64,000 nt of DNA. It comes from Candidatus Zixiibacteriota bacterium (GTDB taxonomy: Bacteria; Zixibacteria; MSB-5A5; CAIYYT01). Below are positions 30,173 to 43,091 of this stretch, one piece after another. Each line of letters opens with the position of its first letter. Within the stretch, counting starts at the first letter, position 1. The stretch lies in the NCBI GenBank assembly GCA_040235515.1, contig JBECKX010000195.1:1-64000 (forward strand), written 5' to 3'. Below the pieces are notes generated by a model. The model was not told where the DNA came from. It searched no databases and saw only the letters and a list, made by a program, of their open reading frames with translations. Position numbers and translations under genes: made by a program.

Positions 30173-31300
30173 ATGGCTAAGTATAAGATTGCCTGGATGC
30201 CCGGTGATGGTGTCGGTGTTGATGTCATGGAGGCTGCAAAGATAGTCCTCGACAAGCTGGACTTCGATGCCGAATACACCCACGCGGATATCGGCTGGGA
30301 ATTTTGGTGCAAAGAGGGAGATCCGCTGCCGAAACGCACAATCGATATCCTCAAGAACACAGACTGCGCGCTCTTTGGCGCGATTACTTCCAAGCCCAAG
30401 GAAGAGTGCGAATCGGAACTGGTGAAGGAGTTGCAGGGCAAAGGCCTGGTTTACTCCTCACCGATCGTGCGACTGCGGCAGGAATTTAACCTGCGCACCA
30501 ACCTGCGTCCCTGCAAAGCCTACAAGGGCAATCCGCTGAATTACAAGGATGGCATCGACATCACAGTTTTTCGTGAGAACACCGAGGATCTTTACGCCGG
30601 CATCGAGTTTTTCCCGATTCCGCAAGATGTGCGGGAAGTACTCACTAAGAACAACAAGAAGATGACCCGCTTCGCCGAGCAGCCGGAGAATGAAGTGGCG
30701 ATGTCATGCCGCCTGATCACCAAAACGGCTTCGCGGAACATCGTCCGTGATGCCTTTGAGTACGCTCGGAAGACCGGCAAGAAGACCGTAACCGTGGTCG
30801 AGAAGCCAAACGTTATCCGTGAAACTTCCGGGCTGTTCGTCCGCACTGCACGCGAAGTCGCCAAAGACTATCCCGGCATCGAGTTGTGGGAGACCAATAT
30901 CGATGCCTTGTGCATGTGGTTGATCAAGAACCCACTCGATTATTCGGTGATCGTCACTTCGAATATGTTCGGTGATATTATCTCCGATCTCTGTGCCCAA
31001 TTGGTCGGCGGACTCGGATTTGCTTCTTCGGGCAACATCGGTGACAACTACGCCGTCTTTGAGCCGACGCATGGTTCGGCGCCGAAGTATGCCGGACAAT
31101 ATCGCGTGAATCCGATGGCGATGCTGTTGACATCACGTCTGATGCTGGAATGGCTTGGCGAGAGCAAGCAGGCTGAAAGGCTTGAACATGCCATCGCCGC
31201 GGTAATCGAGGAGAAGAAGACGCTCACATACGACATGGGCGGTAAATCGTCCACCCTTGACGTCGCAAAAGCGGTTGCAAATCACCTCGAACATATTTAG
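30173..31300 (+). CDS. Isocitrate/isopropylmalate/homoisocitrate dehydrogenase family protein
   Basis: PGDGVG, RENTEDLY, NMFGDIISDL, FEPTHGSAP; substrate specificity not resolved. Confidence 0.9.
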   Translation: MAKYKIAWMPGDGVGVDVMEAAKIVLDKLDFDAEYTHADIGWEFWCKEGDPLPKRTIDILKNTDCALFGAITSKPKEECESELVKELQGKGLVYSSPIVRLRQEFNLRTNLRPCKAYKGNPLNYKDGIDITVFRENTEDLYAGIEFFPIPQDVREVLTKNNKKMTRFAEQPENEVAMSCRLITKTASRNIVRDAFEYARKTGKKTVTVVEKPNVIRETSGLFVRTAREVAKDYPGIELWETNIDALCMWLIKNPLDYSVIVTSNMFGDIISDLCAQLVGGLGFASSGNIGDNYAVFEPTHGSAPKYAGQYRVNPMAMLLTSRLMLEWLGESKQAERLEHAIAAVIEEKKTLTYDMGGKSSTLDVAKAVANHLEHI

Positions 31301-31375
31301 ATTTGTCGTGGAGTAAGAGTTGGCGTACTGAGCACAAAGTACCGACCAACTTGACTGTAGTAGAATGATAGAGCC

Positions 31376-32260
31376 CTACTCGCCATCGCGAGCCAGGGCT
31401 CTATCCATTTCTCTCTCCTTCTGTTCCTGCAGATACGAACCCACCTCCGCCCCGAACAGGAACACGAAAGAGGAGTAGTAAACCCACAAGAACAACAGCG
31501 CCACCGAAGTAAACGACCCATAGATCGTCAGATCTTTGCCGAAACTCTTCACATAGTACTCAAACAACCATTTGGCAACTTCCCAGAGGATCGCCGCAAC
31601 AGACGCACCGATAAACGCATTCTGGAAATGATTCCATTTCCCCGGCAGCAGATAGTAGACCGCCGTGAAGAGAAGAGTCGAAAGGAAAATCGGGATCAGC
31701 ACCGGCAATATCTGTCCAATGAGAGGTAGGTCGACCAGCGAGAAATTGAGCACTGGAATAGTTCCGCGTTGCGCAGCACGCAGCAAGCTGGTGATGAACA
31801 TCGAAGCCAGCACGAAGAGAATTCCAACCGGCACCGATGTCAGCGCAAACAACTTGGATTTCAGAATCGTGCGGGAATCATAACAGCGCCAGATCTTGTT
31901 CAGTGAATATTCAAGCTCAGAAAAGATGCGCTGACTCGCCCACAACAGGCCGATCAGACCGATGATACCATAAATCGTTCTGCCCTTGATCGTCGAGAAA
32001 AACAATTCCACCGTGTCGGTGGCAGTGACCGGCAGCAACCTCGTGATGAACTCGGAGATCTCCCGAAGGGCTTCCTGCGATGAAGCTACGAAGAAGCCGA
32101 AGATCGAAGTCATCAGGATCATGAATGGCAGGAACGAGAGGATTGCATAGAAGGAGATTGAAGCGGAAAACGACGGCACGGGGTCGTCAATGAAGGCGCG
32201 ATTTAGAATGGTTTTAATTGCTATCCAGACTTTTCTAAGCCGTGCAGGCAAAACTCTCAA
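31376..32260 (-). CDS. YihY/BrkB family membrane protein
   Basis: ASISFY.ILS..P, LN.IW, IYGS......LW.YYS...LFGAE. Confidence 0.88.
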   Translation of the reverse strand: MRVLPARLRKVWIAIKTILNRAFIDDPVPSFSASISFYAILSFLPFMILMTSIFGFFVASSQEALREISEFITRLLPVTATDTVELFFSTIKGRTIYGIIGLIGLLWASQRIFSELEYSLNKIWRCYDSRTILKSKLFALTSVPVGILFVLASMFITSLLRAAQRGTIPVLNFSLVDLPLIGQILPVLIPIFLSTLLFTAVYYLLPGKWNHFQNAFIGASVAAILWEVAKWLFEYYVKSFGKDLTIYGSFTSVALLFLWVYYSSFVFLFGAEVGSYLQEQKEREMDRALARDGE

Positions 32261-32291
32261 CTCCCATCAAATTCGAATAACCTGACCGGAA

Positions 32292-34307
<2,016 letters not shown>

Positions 34308-34464
34308 TCAGAATCTATGCTTATCTAGTCGCTTCGTCAATCAGCTATCGGAAGTGATACGAGATCGCAGCCGGGCCTGTGCAAAACCGTTTCCGGCGGC
34401 GATTCGAACTCCCTTTTCTGCAAACACCTTGACAACAACGCATGCAATCCCTCTTTTGAGGGCG

Positions 34465-35901
34465 ATGACATTACTCAATGACTTCGTAGCTACAAAAATC
34501 ATCTGTACCCTCGGACCCGCGAGCGACTCGGAAAAGGTCATCGAGGAATTGGCGCGAGCCGGAATGTCGGTCGCACGGCTCAATTTCTCGCACGGCAGCC
34601 ACGAGTACCATGCAAAACTGATATCTCGCATCAGGAAAGTCTCCAGACGACTGAAGCAGCCGATCGCTATCCTGCAGGACCTTACCGGTCCGAAGATCAG
34701 GATAGGCGCGATCAGCGGCGGCTCGATCGAGCTGAAGGAAGGGGGGAAGCTCACGATTTGCCGCGAGCAAATCGAGGGTATTCCGGGACGGGTATCAGCC
34801 TCTCCGGCCGAAGTGATCCCGGAGATCAAGGTTGGGGAACTGCTCTACCTCGATGATGGCCTGCTCCAGTTGCGCGTTACGAGAAGCGGCAGGGAGCAGA
34901 TCGAAACGGAGATCATTAAAGGTGGCCGGCTCAAGGCGCACAAGGGTGTCAATGTCCCGGAGTCAAACCTGTCTCTCCCGTCGATGACTCCGAAAGACCA
35001 TTTTGATCTCAAATTCGGTTTGGCTGCCGGTGTCGACTATGTCGCGTTGTCCTTTGTTCGCAGCGGCGAGGATGTCCGCAGGCTGAAGGCCCTGATCAGA
35101 AAGGCGAACGGCGAAATCCCGGTGATCAGCAAACTGGAGAAGCCGCAGGCAGTGACCAACCTGGATGAGATTCTGGCGGAATCAGACGCCGTCATGGTTG
35201 CCCGCGGTGATCTTGGTATCGAGATTCGTGTCGATAAGGTGCCTGCAATTCAGAAGGATATCATCGCCCGTGCCAATGAGCAGAGCGTTCCGGTGATCAC
35301 GGCAACCCAGATGCTTGAATCGATGACGGACCAGGTTACTCCTACCCGCGCGGAGGTCTCCGATGTTGCGAATGCGATCTATGACGGAACGGATTGTGTG
35401 ATGCTATCGGCCGAGACCGCAGCCGGCAAGTATCCGGTCGAAGCGGTCAGGATGATGCGCTCGATTGCACTCACGACCGAACAACGGATGCGGGAGGCGT
35501 TCGATCCGGAGGTCCTGCTCGGAGGACGGGAGACGCTTGAGTTGCCGGTCGCTATCTCGATAGCTGCTGTCGAAATGGCAACCGATATCGATGCCAAGTT
35601 GATTGCCTGCTTTACCCAGTCCGGGCTTTCAGCACGCCTCGTCTCCAAGCAACACGCCAATGTCCCGATCATCGCCTATACGCCGCACCGGCATTCGCTC
35701 TCGCGGATGAGCCTCTATCGGGGAGTGATCCCCCGTTATCTGCGGCACCTCAATTCAGTGGACCATATGATAGAGCAGGTGGAGAAGAGTCTGAAGGCGG
35801 AGGGGATCGTCAAGAAGGGAGATCGGCTGGTTATTGTGGCCTCGGCGCCGGTCAAGATACAGGGCGATACGAATCTGCTAAAACTCCACGAAGTTTCCTG
35901 A
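34465..35901 (+). CDS. pyk: Pyruvate kinase
   Basis: TKIICTLGPAS, ARLNFSHG, GPKIR, MVARGDLG, TATQMLESM, PTRAE.SDVANA. Confidence 0.96.
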   Translation: MTLLNDFVATKIICTLGPASDSEKVIEELARAGMSVARLNFSHGSHEYHAKLISRIRKVSRRLKQPIAILQDLTGPKIRIGAISGGSIELKEGGKLTICREQIEGIPGRVSASPAEVIPEIKVGELLYLDDGLLQLRVTRSGREQIETEIIKGGRLKAHKGVNVPESNLSLPSMTPKDHFDLKFGLAAGVDYVALSFVRSGEDVRRLKALIRKANGEIPVISKLEKPQAVTNLDEILAESDAVMVARGDLGIEIRVDKVPAIQKDIIARANEQSVPVITATQMLESMTDQVTPTRAEVSDVANAIYDGTDCVMLSAETAAGKYPVEAVRMMRSIALTTEQRMREAFDPEVLLGGRETLELPVAISIAAVEMATDIDAKLIACFTQSGLSARLVSKQHANVPIIAYTPHRHSLSRMSLYRGVIPRYLRHLNSVDHMIEQVEKSLKAEGIVKKGDRLVIVASAPVKIQGDTNLLKLHEVS

Positions 35902-35995
35902 GTCGCAGGCGGTCGCACGAAACTCGACCTATGGGGCGATAAAAGGTAATGACTTCGCTTGCAACAGATTACGATTTTGCTATATTGGCAATCCT

Positions 35996-36889
35996 ATGGG
36001 ACTGAGCAGAAACCGCATACGCCTGAAGGTCAAATGCAATGTCGACGCCTTGAAGGTCTGGGACACTGTTATCAACCCGATCCGCCTGGCAATCTGGTTC
36101 TGCAACAGCGCAGAGGTTAACCCGAAGCTGCGCGGGACCGTCAAGTTCTCCGGCAACAACAGCGTCGCAAAGACCTTCGACGAAAAAGAGATCAAGGGAG
36201 TTATCACTTCGCTGGAGCCGAATCGTCTCCTCAAATTCACCTGGCCGATCAACGGAGTCGAATCGGAGGTCACGTGGCGCCTGGACGACATGGGCAAGTA
36301 TACCGATTTTCTGGTGACGCACGAGAAGCTCCCGCAGGGTACCGGCATGATGGATGCCTGGCATATTTATCTCTACAATCTGCAGTCCTTGCTTCATACG
36401 AATCGCCCTGTCTATCGTTGCGACTACAACCGCATCGACAAGGGAGTGGTCAAGCGAGAAGTCTTCATTGAGACGGTTCATCAACCGGTCTATAAGGCCC
36501 TTACGCGACAGAAGGAACTCAAGAAATGGTTTTCGGAGACGGCAGAGGTCGAATCACCGCTGGCGCCCGGCACTAAGTATTCCGCCGGGTGGACAGATGC
36601 AAGGGGTAATCCGCACGGCCCGCAGGAGATCATCGAAGCCGTTGAGAACAAGAAACTGGTTTATAGCTGGCGTGATGATGCTCAAGAGGGGGGCGATAAC
36701 GTCAGTTGGGAGTTGACCCGCATCGGTGAGCGTACGCGTGTTAACCTGCGACACTCAGGTTTCCCGGAGGGAAAGCCGCAGCGCGACTACATGCAGGGTT
36801 GGCACGCCTATATTCTGTTGCTGAAAGACTACTGTGAAAATGGGGGACAGTTGACTACGAAAATTATCGAGAAGGGGACTGAGGAGTAA
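35996..36889 (+). CDS. Tandem SRPBCC/AHSA1-domain protein
   Basis: Two similar halves (VW......L..WF / VYKALT...L.KWF; L.FTW / LVYSW; T...H......W...L..L). Confidence 0.8.
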   Translation: MGLSRNRIRLKVKCNVDALKVWDTVINPIRLAIWFCNSAEVNPKLRGTVKFSGNNSVAKTFDEKEIKGVITSLEPNRLLKFTWPINGVESEVTWRLDDMGKYTDFLVTHEKLPQGTGMMDAWHIYLYNLQSLLHTNRPVYRCDYNRIDKGVVKREVFIETVHQPVYKALTRQKELKKWFSETAEVESPLAPGTKYSAGWTDARGNPHGPQEIIEAVENKKLVYSWRDDAQEGGDNVSWELTRIGERTRVNLRHSGFPEGKPQRDYMQGWHAYILLLKDYCENGGQLTTKIIEKGTEE

Positions 36890-36902
36890 CTCCCGGTCGG
36901 CA

Positions 36903-38323
36903 TCATCTTCCTGTCGCGTTGATCACCGCAGGAATCGTTCGCAGCAAGATTTTGGCGTCCAGCGCCAGTGACCAGTTATCGATATACTCCAGATCTTGAC
37001 GCATCCATTGTTCGAAAGTCGAATCATTCCGGTCACCCACCTGCCACAAGCACGTGATTCCCGGTTTCATCGATAATTTCCGCGTTGCCAGATATCGTAC
37101 TCGCGGACTTCGGTCGGTAACGGCGGCCGCGGGCCCACCAGCGACATTTCGCCACGCGCAACGTTGATCAGCTGCGGCAACTCGTCGAGCGAGAGCTTGC
37201 GGAGGATCCGTCCCACCCCGGTGATGCGAGGATCGTTCTTGATTTTGAATGCCGGTCCATCCATTTCATTTTGGTCCTGCAGTGAAGCGCGGAGCGCCTC
37301 GGCATCGGGTACCATAGTTCTGAATTTGAAGACTTTAAATCTGCGGCCATGCAACCCGCAACGCTCTTGCCGGAAGAAAACCGGTCCTCGTGAAGTCAGC
37401 TTGATCAGCGCCGCGATCGTCACAAACACCGGTGACGCCACAATCAGACCGACAACTGCGGCGACGCGGTCGATCAATTCTTTGGCGACTCTTGCGGCGG
37501 TTGGCTCCGGCTCGCGCGAGTAGACGATTGCGGGCGTACCCGCGAAATCTGTAGTGTGGTAACGCGAGAAGGTGAGATCGATGAAGTCTGCCTGCAGGCA
37601 GATCATCACACCCATGCGCTCGCAGATCAACATCGCATCACGAATCGAATCGAGGCGGTTGCTCGGTACGCTGAAGAAGACGTAGTCGATGTGGTGTTCG
37701 CGCAATACGTCAGGAAGCACCGAGATATCACCCATCAGCGGAATATCACGGTAGCGGTAGAGAGTGTTAACCGGGTCGAGTGAGAGCAGACCGGCAACCC
37801 GCAGGCCCCACTGCTTCTGGCTTTGCACCGTGTCGACCACTTTGCGCACCCGCTCCCGTGTTCCAACCACGAGGGTTCTCTGCGCATTGTATCCTCGCGA
37901 CCTGATGTGCTGCAAGACTTCGAGGATAACCATCCTCAGACCGAACAGGAGCACAAAGTCGATCGCGACGAACGAAAGGAACTGCGACCGGGGCATCACC
38001 GCCAGCTTCAGGATGTAATTGCAGACGAGGAAAATGATACTTGAGTAGAACACCAACCCGAACACTTCACCCGCTACCTCACGGACCTGCTTGAGTCGAT
38101 AGACGTAGCGTTCCCCGCGGAGATAAATCAGTACGCTCAGGATCAGCAGGATCAACAGCGCGTGCTGGTAGTTGACCAGTTGGTAGGGGGGGATCAGCGG
38201 GTCCAGCCCGTTGATCAGGCGCTGCGAAATGCCGGCGACAAGCAAAGCGCCGAGAGTAAGCAGCACGTCGAATGCATAATGCAGCTTGCGCAGGCGCGAT
38301 ATATTGTTGCGAAATACCGGCAT
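36903..38323 (-). pseudogene. Polyprenyl-phosphate sugar phosphotransferase (WcaJ/WbaP-like) with a -1 frameshift near 37082
   Basis: KFRTM, DPRIT..G..LRK.SLDELPQL.NV..G.MSLVGPRP; ORF stops at 37067 but RKLSMKPGITCLWQV...DLEYIDNWSLALDAKILLRT continues in another frame to TGA at 36903. Confidence 0.85.
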
Positions 38324-38332
38324 TGTTGATCC

Positions 38333-39568
38333 CTACGAGGCCAATTCCTGCAAGCGATTGATATACCTGTCGGCGATCTCGGAGCGCCGGCAGTGTTGCT
38401 CGGCATACCTCCGACCGTTGGCACCGAGTTTTATCGTGCGGTTGCGATCGCGGAACAGTTGCATAATCGCGTCCGCCAGTTCCTTATCGTCATCCGGCTC
38501 AACGGCAACTCCCGCTCCGGCCTCCTCGACCAGCTTACGCGATTCACCATGCGTGCCTATCACTATCGGTTTGCCGCAAGCCATGACTTCATAAATCTTG
38601 GATGGAATGTTCTTGGTGAATAACCCCGCCGTTCTGAGCGGCACCAGACAGATGTCGGAAGTCGCATAGTAGCGGGGCACTATCTCGCGCGGCTGCTGCG
38701 GTACGAATGTCACATTATCCAGCCGCAGGTCCTCCTTGATCCTCTGGAGGTTTGATTTGTCGGCACCGTCCCCGACGAACATGAAGCGGATTTCCTCCTC
38801 GTGACGCAGGTGATCCGCGGCTTTCAGGATTGTCTGCAGGTTATGGGCCATGCCGTGCGTTCCGATGTACGACACCAGGAAATGGCCATTCAGGTTATGC
38901 TGATCTCGAATCTCGTGATTGTCGGTCAATCCCTCGAATTCCTCGATGTCCACGCCATTGGGACAGAGGATCATCTTTTCGACCGGAACGCCGCGTGCTG
39001 AGAGGATCTCAATCGTTCCCTGAGCGACGGCGACTATCAGTGCAGCCTTGCGGTAGAGAAACATCTCGACTCGCTCGAGCAGCTTGATTACCAGCCCACG
39101 CCTCATCGCGCCAACCGCGACGATCTCCTCCGGCCAGACATCCCGAACTTCGAAGATGAACGGAATGCGCTTGATACGGCTGAGCAGATATCCGGCTATA
39201 GCCACAAAGAACTGAGGTGAAGTCGCAATGATGATATCCTGCTCTCCGGAACGGAGCATTCCTGAGATGACCGCTGAGACCATAAAGGAGAGATAGTTGA
39301 GAATCCGTTTCGCGAATCCTTTATTGGCGGTCGCATAAAGCCAGGTTCGCAGAACCCGCACAGGACCGTCAGCTTCGGTGGCACTGATCTTACCACGGTA
39401 TTCCTCGGGGATGATCCCGGTCGGATGATTCGGGAATCCGGTCAGTACCGTAACGCGGTGGCCACGCTGCGACCAGACACGTGCGAGACCCGACACTCTG
39501 ACAGCGGGAGCGTTTACCTCCGGCTTGTAGTAGTGACTGATGTAGAGGATTCGAAGTGGTCGTTTCAT
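38333..39568 (-). CDS. GT4 glycosyltransferase (WbuB-like)
   Basis: PE..A.A.R, TGFPNHP.G, EVRD.WPE, PSKIYE.MACGKP. Confidence 0.9.
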   Translation of the reverse strand: MKRPLRILYISHYYKPEVNAPAVRVSGLARVWSQRGHRVTVLTGFPNHPTGIIPEEYRGKISATEADGPVRVLRTWLYATANKGFAKRILNYLSFMVSAVISGMLRSGEQDIIIATSPQFFVAIAGYLLSRIKRIPFIFEVRDVWPEEIVAVGAMRRGLVIKLLERVEMFLYRKAALIVAVAQGTIEILSARGVPVEKMILCPNGVDIEEFEGLTDNHEIRDQHNLNGHFLVSYIGTHGMAHNLQTILKAADHLRHEEEIRFMFVGDGADKSNLQRIKEDLRLDNVTFVPQQPREIVPRYYATSDICLVPLRTAGLFTKNIPSKIYEVMACGKPIVIGTHGESRKLVEEAGAGVAVEPDDDKELADAIMQLFRDRNRTIKLGANGRRYAEQHCRRSEIADRYINRLQELAS

Positions 39569-39590
39569 CGTTGTATCCTGCCGTCTCTGA

Positions 39591-41744
39591 TCACGCTACC
39601 TGAACAGGTTCTCCCGTCTTCAGGGATTGAAGTGCCGCCAGCGTAGCCGCGGTGGAATGGAAATAAGATTCCAGTTCCGAAGCGGTTTGCCCTGATCTGA
39701 CTATCTGTGCCAGGTGTGCGATTTCTCCGCCGAATCCTTTCTCCTGCGCTCCCGAGTAGAGTGTTTTGCTCTTGCCGTCGGCAGTCAGGGTGGCGGTGCG
39801 GAAATCAGACATGGTGATCACACGTCCGTTGGAGAAAATTGTCATACTTTCTTTGGGGTAAGACTTGTCGCCCATCGCGGTGTATGTGATCGACGCGATC
39901 GATCCGTTGGTTAACTGGCACTGCATCGTGATATTGTCAGAAGTTAGATAGCCACCTTTAGAGCCGGTCACGCCTACGGTATTGACTCTTTCCACCTGTG
40001 AGGAAGTGATCCAGGTTATCAGATCAATGAAGTGGCAAACCTCGCCACGAATTCTTCCTCCACCAATCTTATCGTCCTGAATCCAGGATGATTTAGGAAT
40101 GAAACCTGCATTGATCGTATAATCGACAATCATCGGCATCGGGCTCTCGCCGATTTCGGTCATTATCGCGGCAATCGCCGGAGCGAAGCGCCGATTGAAT
40201 CCTACCATCAATGGTGCCCCTGACTGCGACTGGGCATAGCGAATCTCGCCCAGTTCAGCCATTGTCAGACACAGCGGCTTTTCGACAAAGACACTCTTCC
40301 CAGCCTTCAGTGCGTCGATCACCTGCTGAGCGTGCAGGTTATGCGGCGTCGCGATGAACACGAGATCAGTGTCCGGATCGCGGAGGATCTCCTCGGTAGA
40401 GCCGGCAGTTGACGAGAAACCGAACTGGCTCGCCATTGCAACTGCTTTGTTCGGGGTCGCACTATGCAACGCATGCAGTGAGATATCGGGATGCTTCTGG
40501 ACCGCAGGCAACAGCACGCCCGTTGCAAAGTTGCCGGCGCCGATGAAACTTGCCAGTAACTTGCCGTCGGCTGTTCGCGTGCTCCTGCTCGGAGCCACCG
40601 ACGTAGGGATCGTTGTCGGCTCTGCCTCCGTCTGATACTTCAGCAGAATCCCGAGCACTTTCTCAGCCTCGATCCGTTCGAAGGCGGTAGCGGCGGCGGT
40701 AATATCCACGGTGTCGGAAACGAGTGACTTCACATCAATCCGACCGCTCGCAACCAGATCGAGGAACGCACGCATGTTGCGATTCTCGGTCCAGCGCACA
40801 TAGCCGATCGGATAGTCGTGCCCCTGTTCCTCATAGGTTGAATCATATCTACCGGGCCCGTAAGAGCGCGAGAGGCTCAGGGAGAGTTCCTTGTCGTAAA
40901 ACGGTTTGCGCGGCAGATTCATGGTTACATCACCAACCATCACGACACGAGCGCGATCGCGGGCGATTGTCGCAGCGAATTCAACAGGCTGTGACGATTT
41001 GGTTGCGGCTGTGATCAGGATCGCATCCGCGCCGTTGCCTTCAGTGAAGTGCCAGATCGACCGCTCGGCGTTGTCGTCGCTGCTGTTTACCAGCAACTCG
41101 GCTCCGAAACGGGCGGTCTCGTCGAGTCGAGTTTGATCGATATCGACGCCGATCACCTGGCATCCGCTCGCGCGCAGTATCTGCACCGTCAACTGGCCCA
41201 GCAGGCCCAGTCCGATAACAGCAACTCGCTCACCCAGCGTAACGCCGGCTTGCCTCACCCCCCAGAGTGCAATTGCACCGAGGGTCACAAATGCGCCTTC
41301 CTCGAAGGTCAGGTTCTGTGGCAGCGGCACGGCAAGATTCTTCGGAACGAAGATCTCATCGGCATGGGAGGCGTACCCGAAACCCGCGCACGCTACCCGA
41401 TCGCCAACACCATAGTCGGCGACACCCGAGCCAACTTCGGTCACAACCCCGGATGAGCTGTAGCCCAACGGAATCGGGACGTTCAGCCGCGCCCGCACTT
41501 TGTTGAGGGTGTTCATTAACCCTTCGGTCTTGATCTTGTCGAGCACCTGCTTCACCAGGTCGGGGCGCGAACGTGCCTTACCCGCGAGACTCTTGGTTGC
41601 GAGATCAATGATTGCGCGTTCCGTGCCGGGCGAGATGAGGGAAAATCTATTCTTTACCAGCAGCCCACCCTCTTTGCAGACGGGGTGCGGACATTCCTCT
41701 AACACGAGTCCGTTGCGACGTGGATATTGCAGCACCTGCTTCAT
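39591..41744 (-). CDS. Bi-domain oxidoreductase (MDR-type dehydrogenase + Gfo/Idh/MocA)
   Basis: SLISPGTE, LGYS..G, GLGLLG, SRSYGPGRYD; then IGAGNFA, VEKPL, VGFNRRF, GE.CHF.D. Confidence 0.9.
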   Translation of the reverse strand: MKQVLQYPRRNGLVLEECPHPVCKEGGLLVKNRFSLISPGTERAIIDLATKSLAGKARSRPDLVKQVLDKIKTEGLMNTLNKVRARLNVPIPLGYSSSGVVTEVGSGVADYGVGDRVACAGFGYASHADEIFVPKNLAVPLPQNLTFEEGAFVTLGAIALWGVRQAGVTLGERVAVIGLGLLGQLTVQILRASGCQVIGVDIDQTRLDETARFGAELLVNSSDDNAERSIWHFTEGNGADAILITAATKSSQPVEFAATIARDRARVVMVGDVTMNLPRKPFYDKELSLSLSRSYGPGRYDSTYEEQGHDYPIGYVRWTENRNMRAFLDLVASGRIDVKSLVSDTVDITAAATAFERIEAEKVLGILLKYQTEAEPTTIPTSVAPSRSTRTADGKLLASFIGAGNFATGVLLPAVQKHPDISLHALHSATPNKAVAMASQFGFSSTAGSTEEILRDPDTDLVFIATPHNLHAQQVIDALKAGKSVFVEKPLCLTMAELGEIRYAQSQSGAPLMVGFNRRFAPAIAAIMTEIGESPMPMIVDYTINAGFIPKSSWIQDDKIGGGRIRGEVCHFIDLITWITSSQVERVNTVGVTGSKGGYLTSDNITMQCQLTNGSIASITYTAMGDKSYPKESMTIFSNGRVITMSDFRTATLTADGKSKTLYSGAQEKGFGGEIAHLAQIVRSGQTASELESYFHSTAATLAALQSLKTGEPVQVA

Positions 41745-41837
41745 TATCTATCTCTCCCTGGATTTTCGAATGATTCGATTTGAATTGAGGGGCAAACTGC
41801 TCGGTCGCAGGTTCGTTGGTGGCTGCGGTCCGACGAT

Positions 41838-43091
41838 CTAGTTTGCGATGTGTTGATGCGCGACCACCCGGTCGTGCGAGCTTGTCCTTGCTCGAACATC
41901 GGTTGTGTCCTTCCTATGGATCAAATTTCTCGGTGAGATTCCGGCGGCGCTATGGAACAGGTCGAGCGCACGTGCCGCGGTTTCGGTCCAATCGAAACTG
42001 CGTGCACGCCGGTCACCCAGCATTCGCAAGCCGTCGGAGAGTTCTCTGTCCTGGAGTACTTTGAGGATCTGCTCTGCGAGATGGTTGTTCTGTTCCAGGC
42101 TCGACAACAGTGCAGCTCCTCCCGCGATTTCCGGGAGTGCGGAGCGATTCGAGATTATGACCGGCACTCCGGCAGCCATCGCTTCCAGTACCGGCAAACC
42201 GAACGACTCAACATTGGAGACCAGCAGAAACAGATCCGCGTTCCAGAAGTAGGGGGGCAGATCAGCGTGTGATACGCCGCCAGCGAACAGTACGCGGTCC
42301 GCAAGTTTCAGCTTGGAGGCAAACGCTTCGAGCCGCTCGCGGTAGCCGTGCCAGTCATTGCCGACGATAACCAGCTTATGCTTGAGCCCGCGGTCGACGA
42401 CATCACGAAATGCACAAAGTACCTTATCCAAATTCTTGTTCGGGTAGAGCTGTGCCACGCAGAGGATATAGGGACCATCGATGACCGGGCTCTGAGGCGC
42501 ATCATTTCTCAAGCGATTGAAGCGCTCGTACTCGACACCGGCGTAAATCACTTCGGTCTTCTGCTCGTCGATACCGAAGCTCCGCTTCAGGTGCCAGGCT
42601 GTCGTGTTGGAGATCGCCCAGACGCGCGTCGCCCGCCTGAGCGTAATCGGTGTCAGCATCCGGTAGTAAAGGGCCTGCAAATTCACGAATAACCGTGATC
42701 TCAGCGATCGACCACGATACGGGACATTGTTCTTGTAATCGAGGTAGAGCAGATTCTGGATCGTCACCACCGACTTGCATGGCAACCACAAAGGCAGCGT
42801 GCCGAAGGGCGAGTAGAACAGATCGACATGTTCACGCCGTAACAAGCCCGGCAGCTTGAAATTCTCGAACATGAGCCTGGTCCGTTTTGACTCGGTTCCG
42901 TTCAGTATCTCTCGCAATTCCACCCGAGTATTCGCGGTTGCGAACAGATGCCGGTTGCTGCTCGTCACGAGGACGAGGTATTCATTCTCGGTGTCAATGC
43001 TGAAGAGGTTCCTGAGTAGATTAACCAGGAACGTTTCACCGCCGCCGGTCTTTCCCGGTTCAACCAGAAGAGCGTTGATACAGATTTTCAC
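41838..43091 (-). CDS. GT4 glycosyltransferase
   Basis: P.KN, ESFGLPVLEAMAAGVPV, LPEI.G.AA, F.W...A. Confidence 0.9.
   Translation of the reverse strand: MKICINALLVEPGKTGGGETFLVNLLRNLFSIDTENEYLVLVTSSNRHLFATANTRVELREILNGTESKRTRLMFENFKLPGLLRREHVDLFYSPFGTLPLWLPCKSVVTIQNLLYLDYKNNVPYRGRSLRSRLFVNLQALYYRMLTPITLRRATRVWAISNTTAWHLKRSFGIDEQKTEVIYAGVEYERFNRLRNDAPQSPVIDGPYILCVAQLYPNKNLDKVLCAFRDVVDRGLKHKLVIVGNDWHGYRERLEAFASKLKLADRVLFAGGVSHADLPPYFWNADLFLLVSNVESFGLPVLEAMAAGVPVIISNRSALPEIAGGAALLSSLEQNNHLAEQILKVLQDRELSDGLRMLGDRRARSFDWTETAARALDLFHSAAGISPRNLIHRKDTTDVRARTSSHDRVVAHQHIAN

Noticed and set aside
37067..37090. Programmed -1 frameshift or phase-variable tract in the sugar transferase
   Set aside because: CGGAAAT is not a canonical X XXY YYZ slippery heptamer and there is no homopolymer or SSR tract
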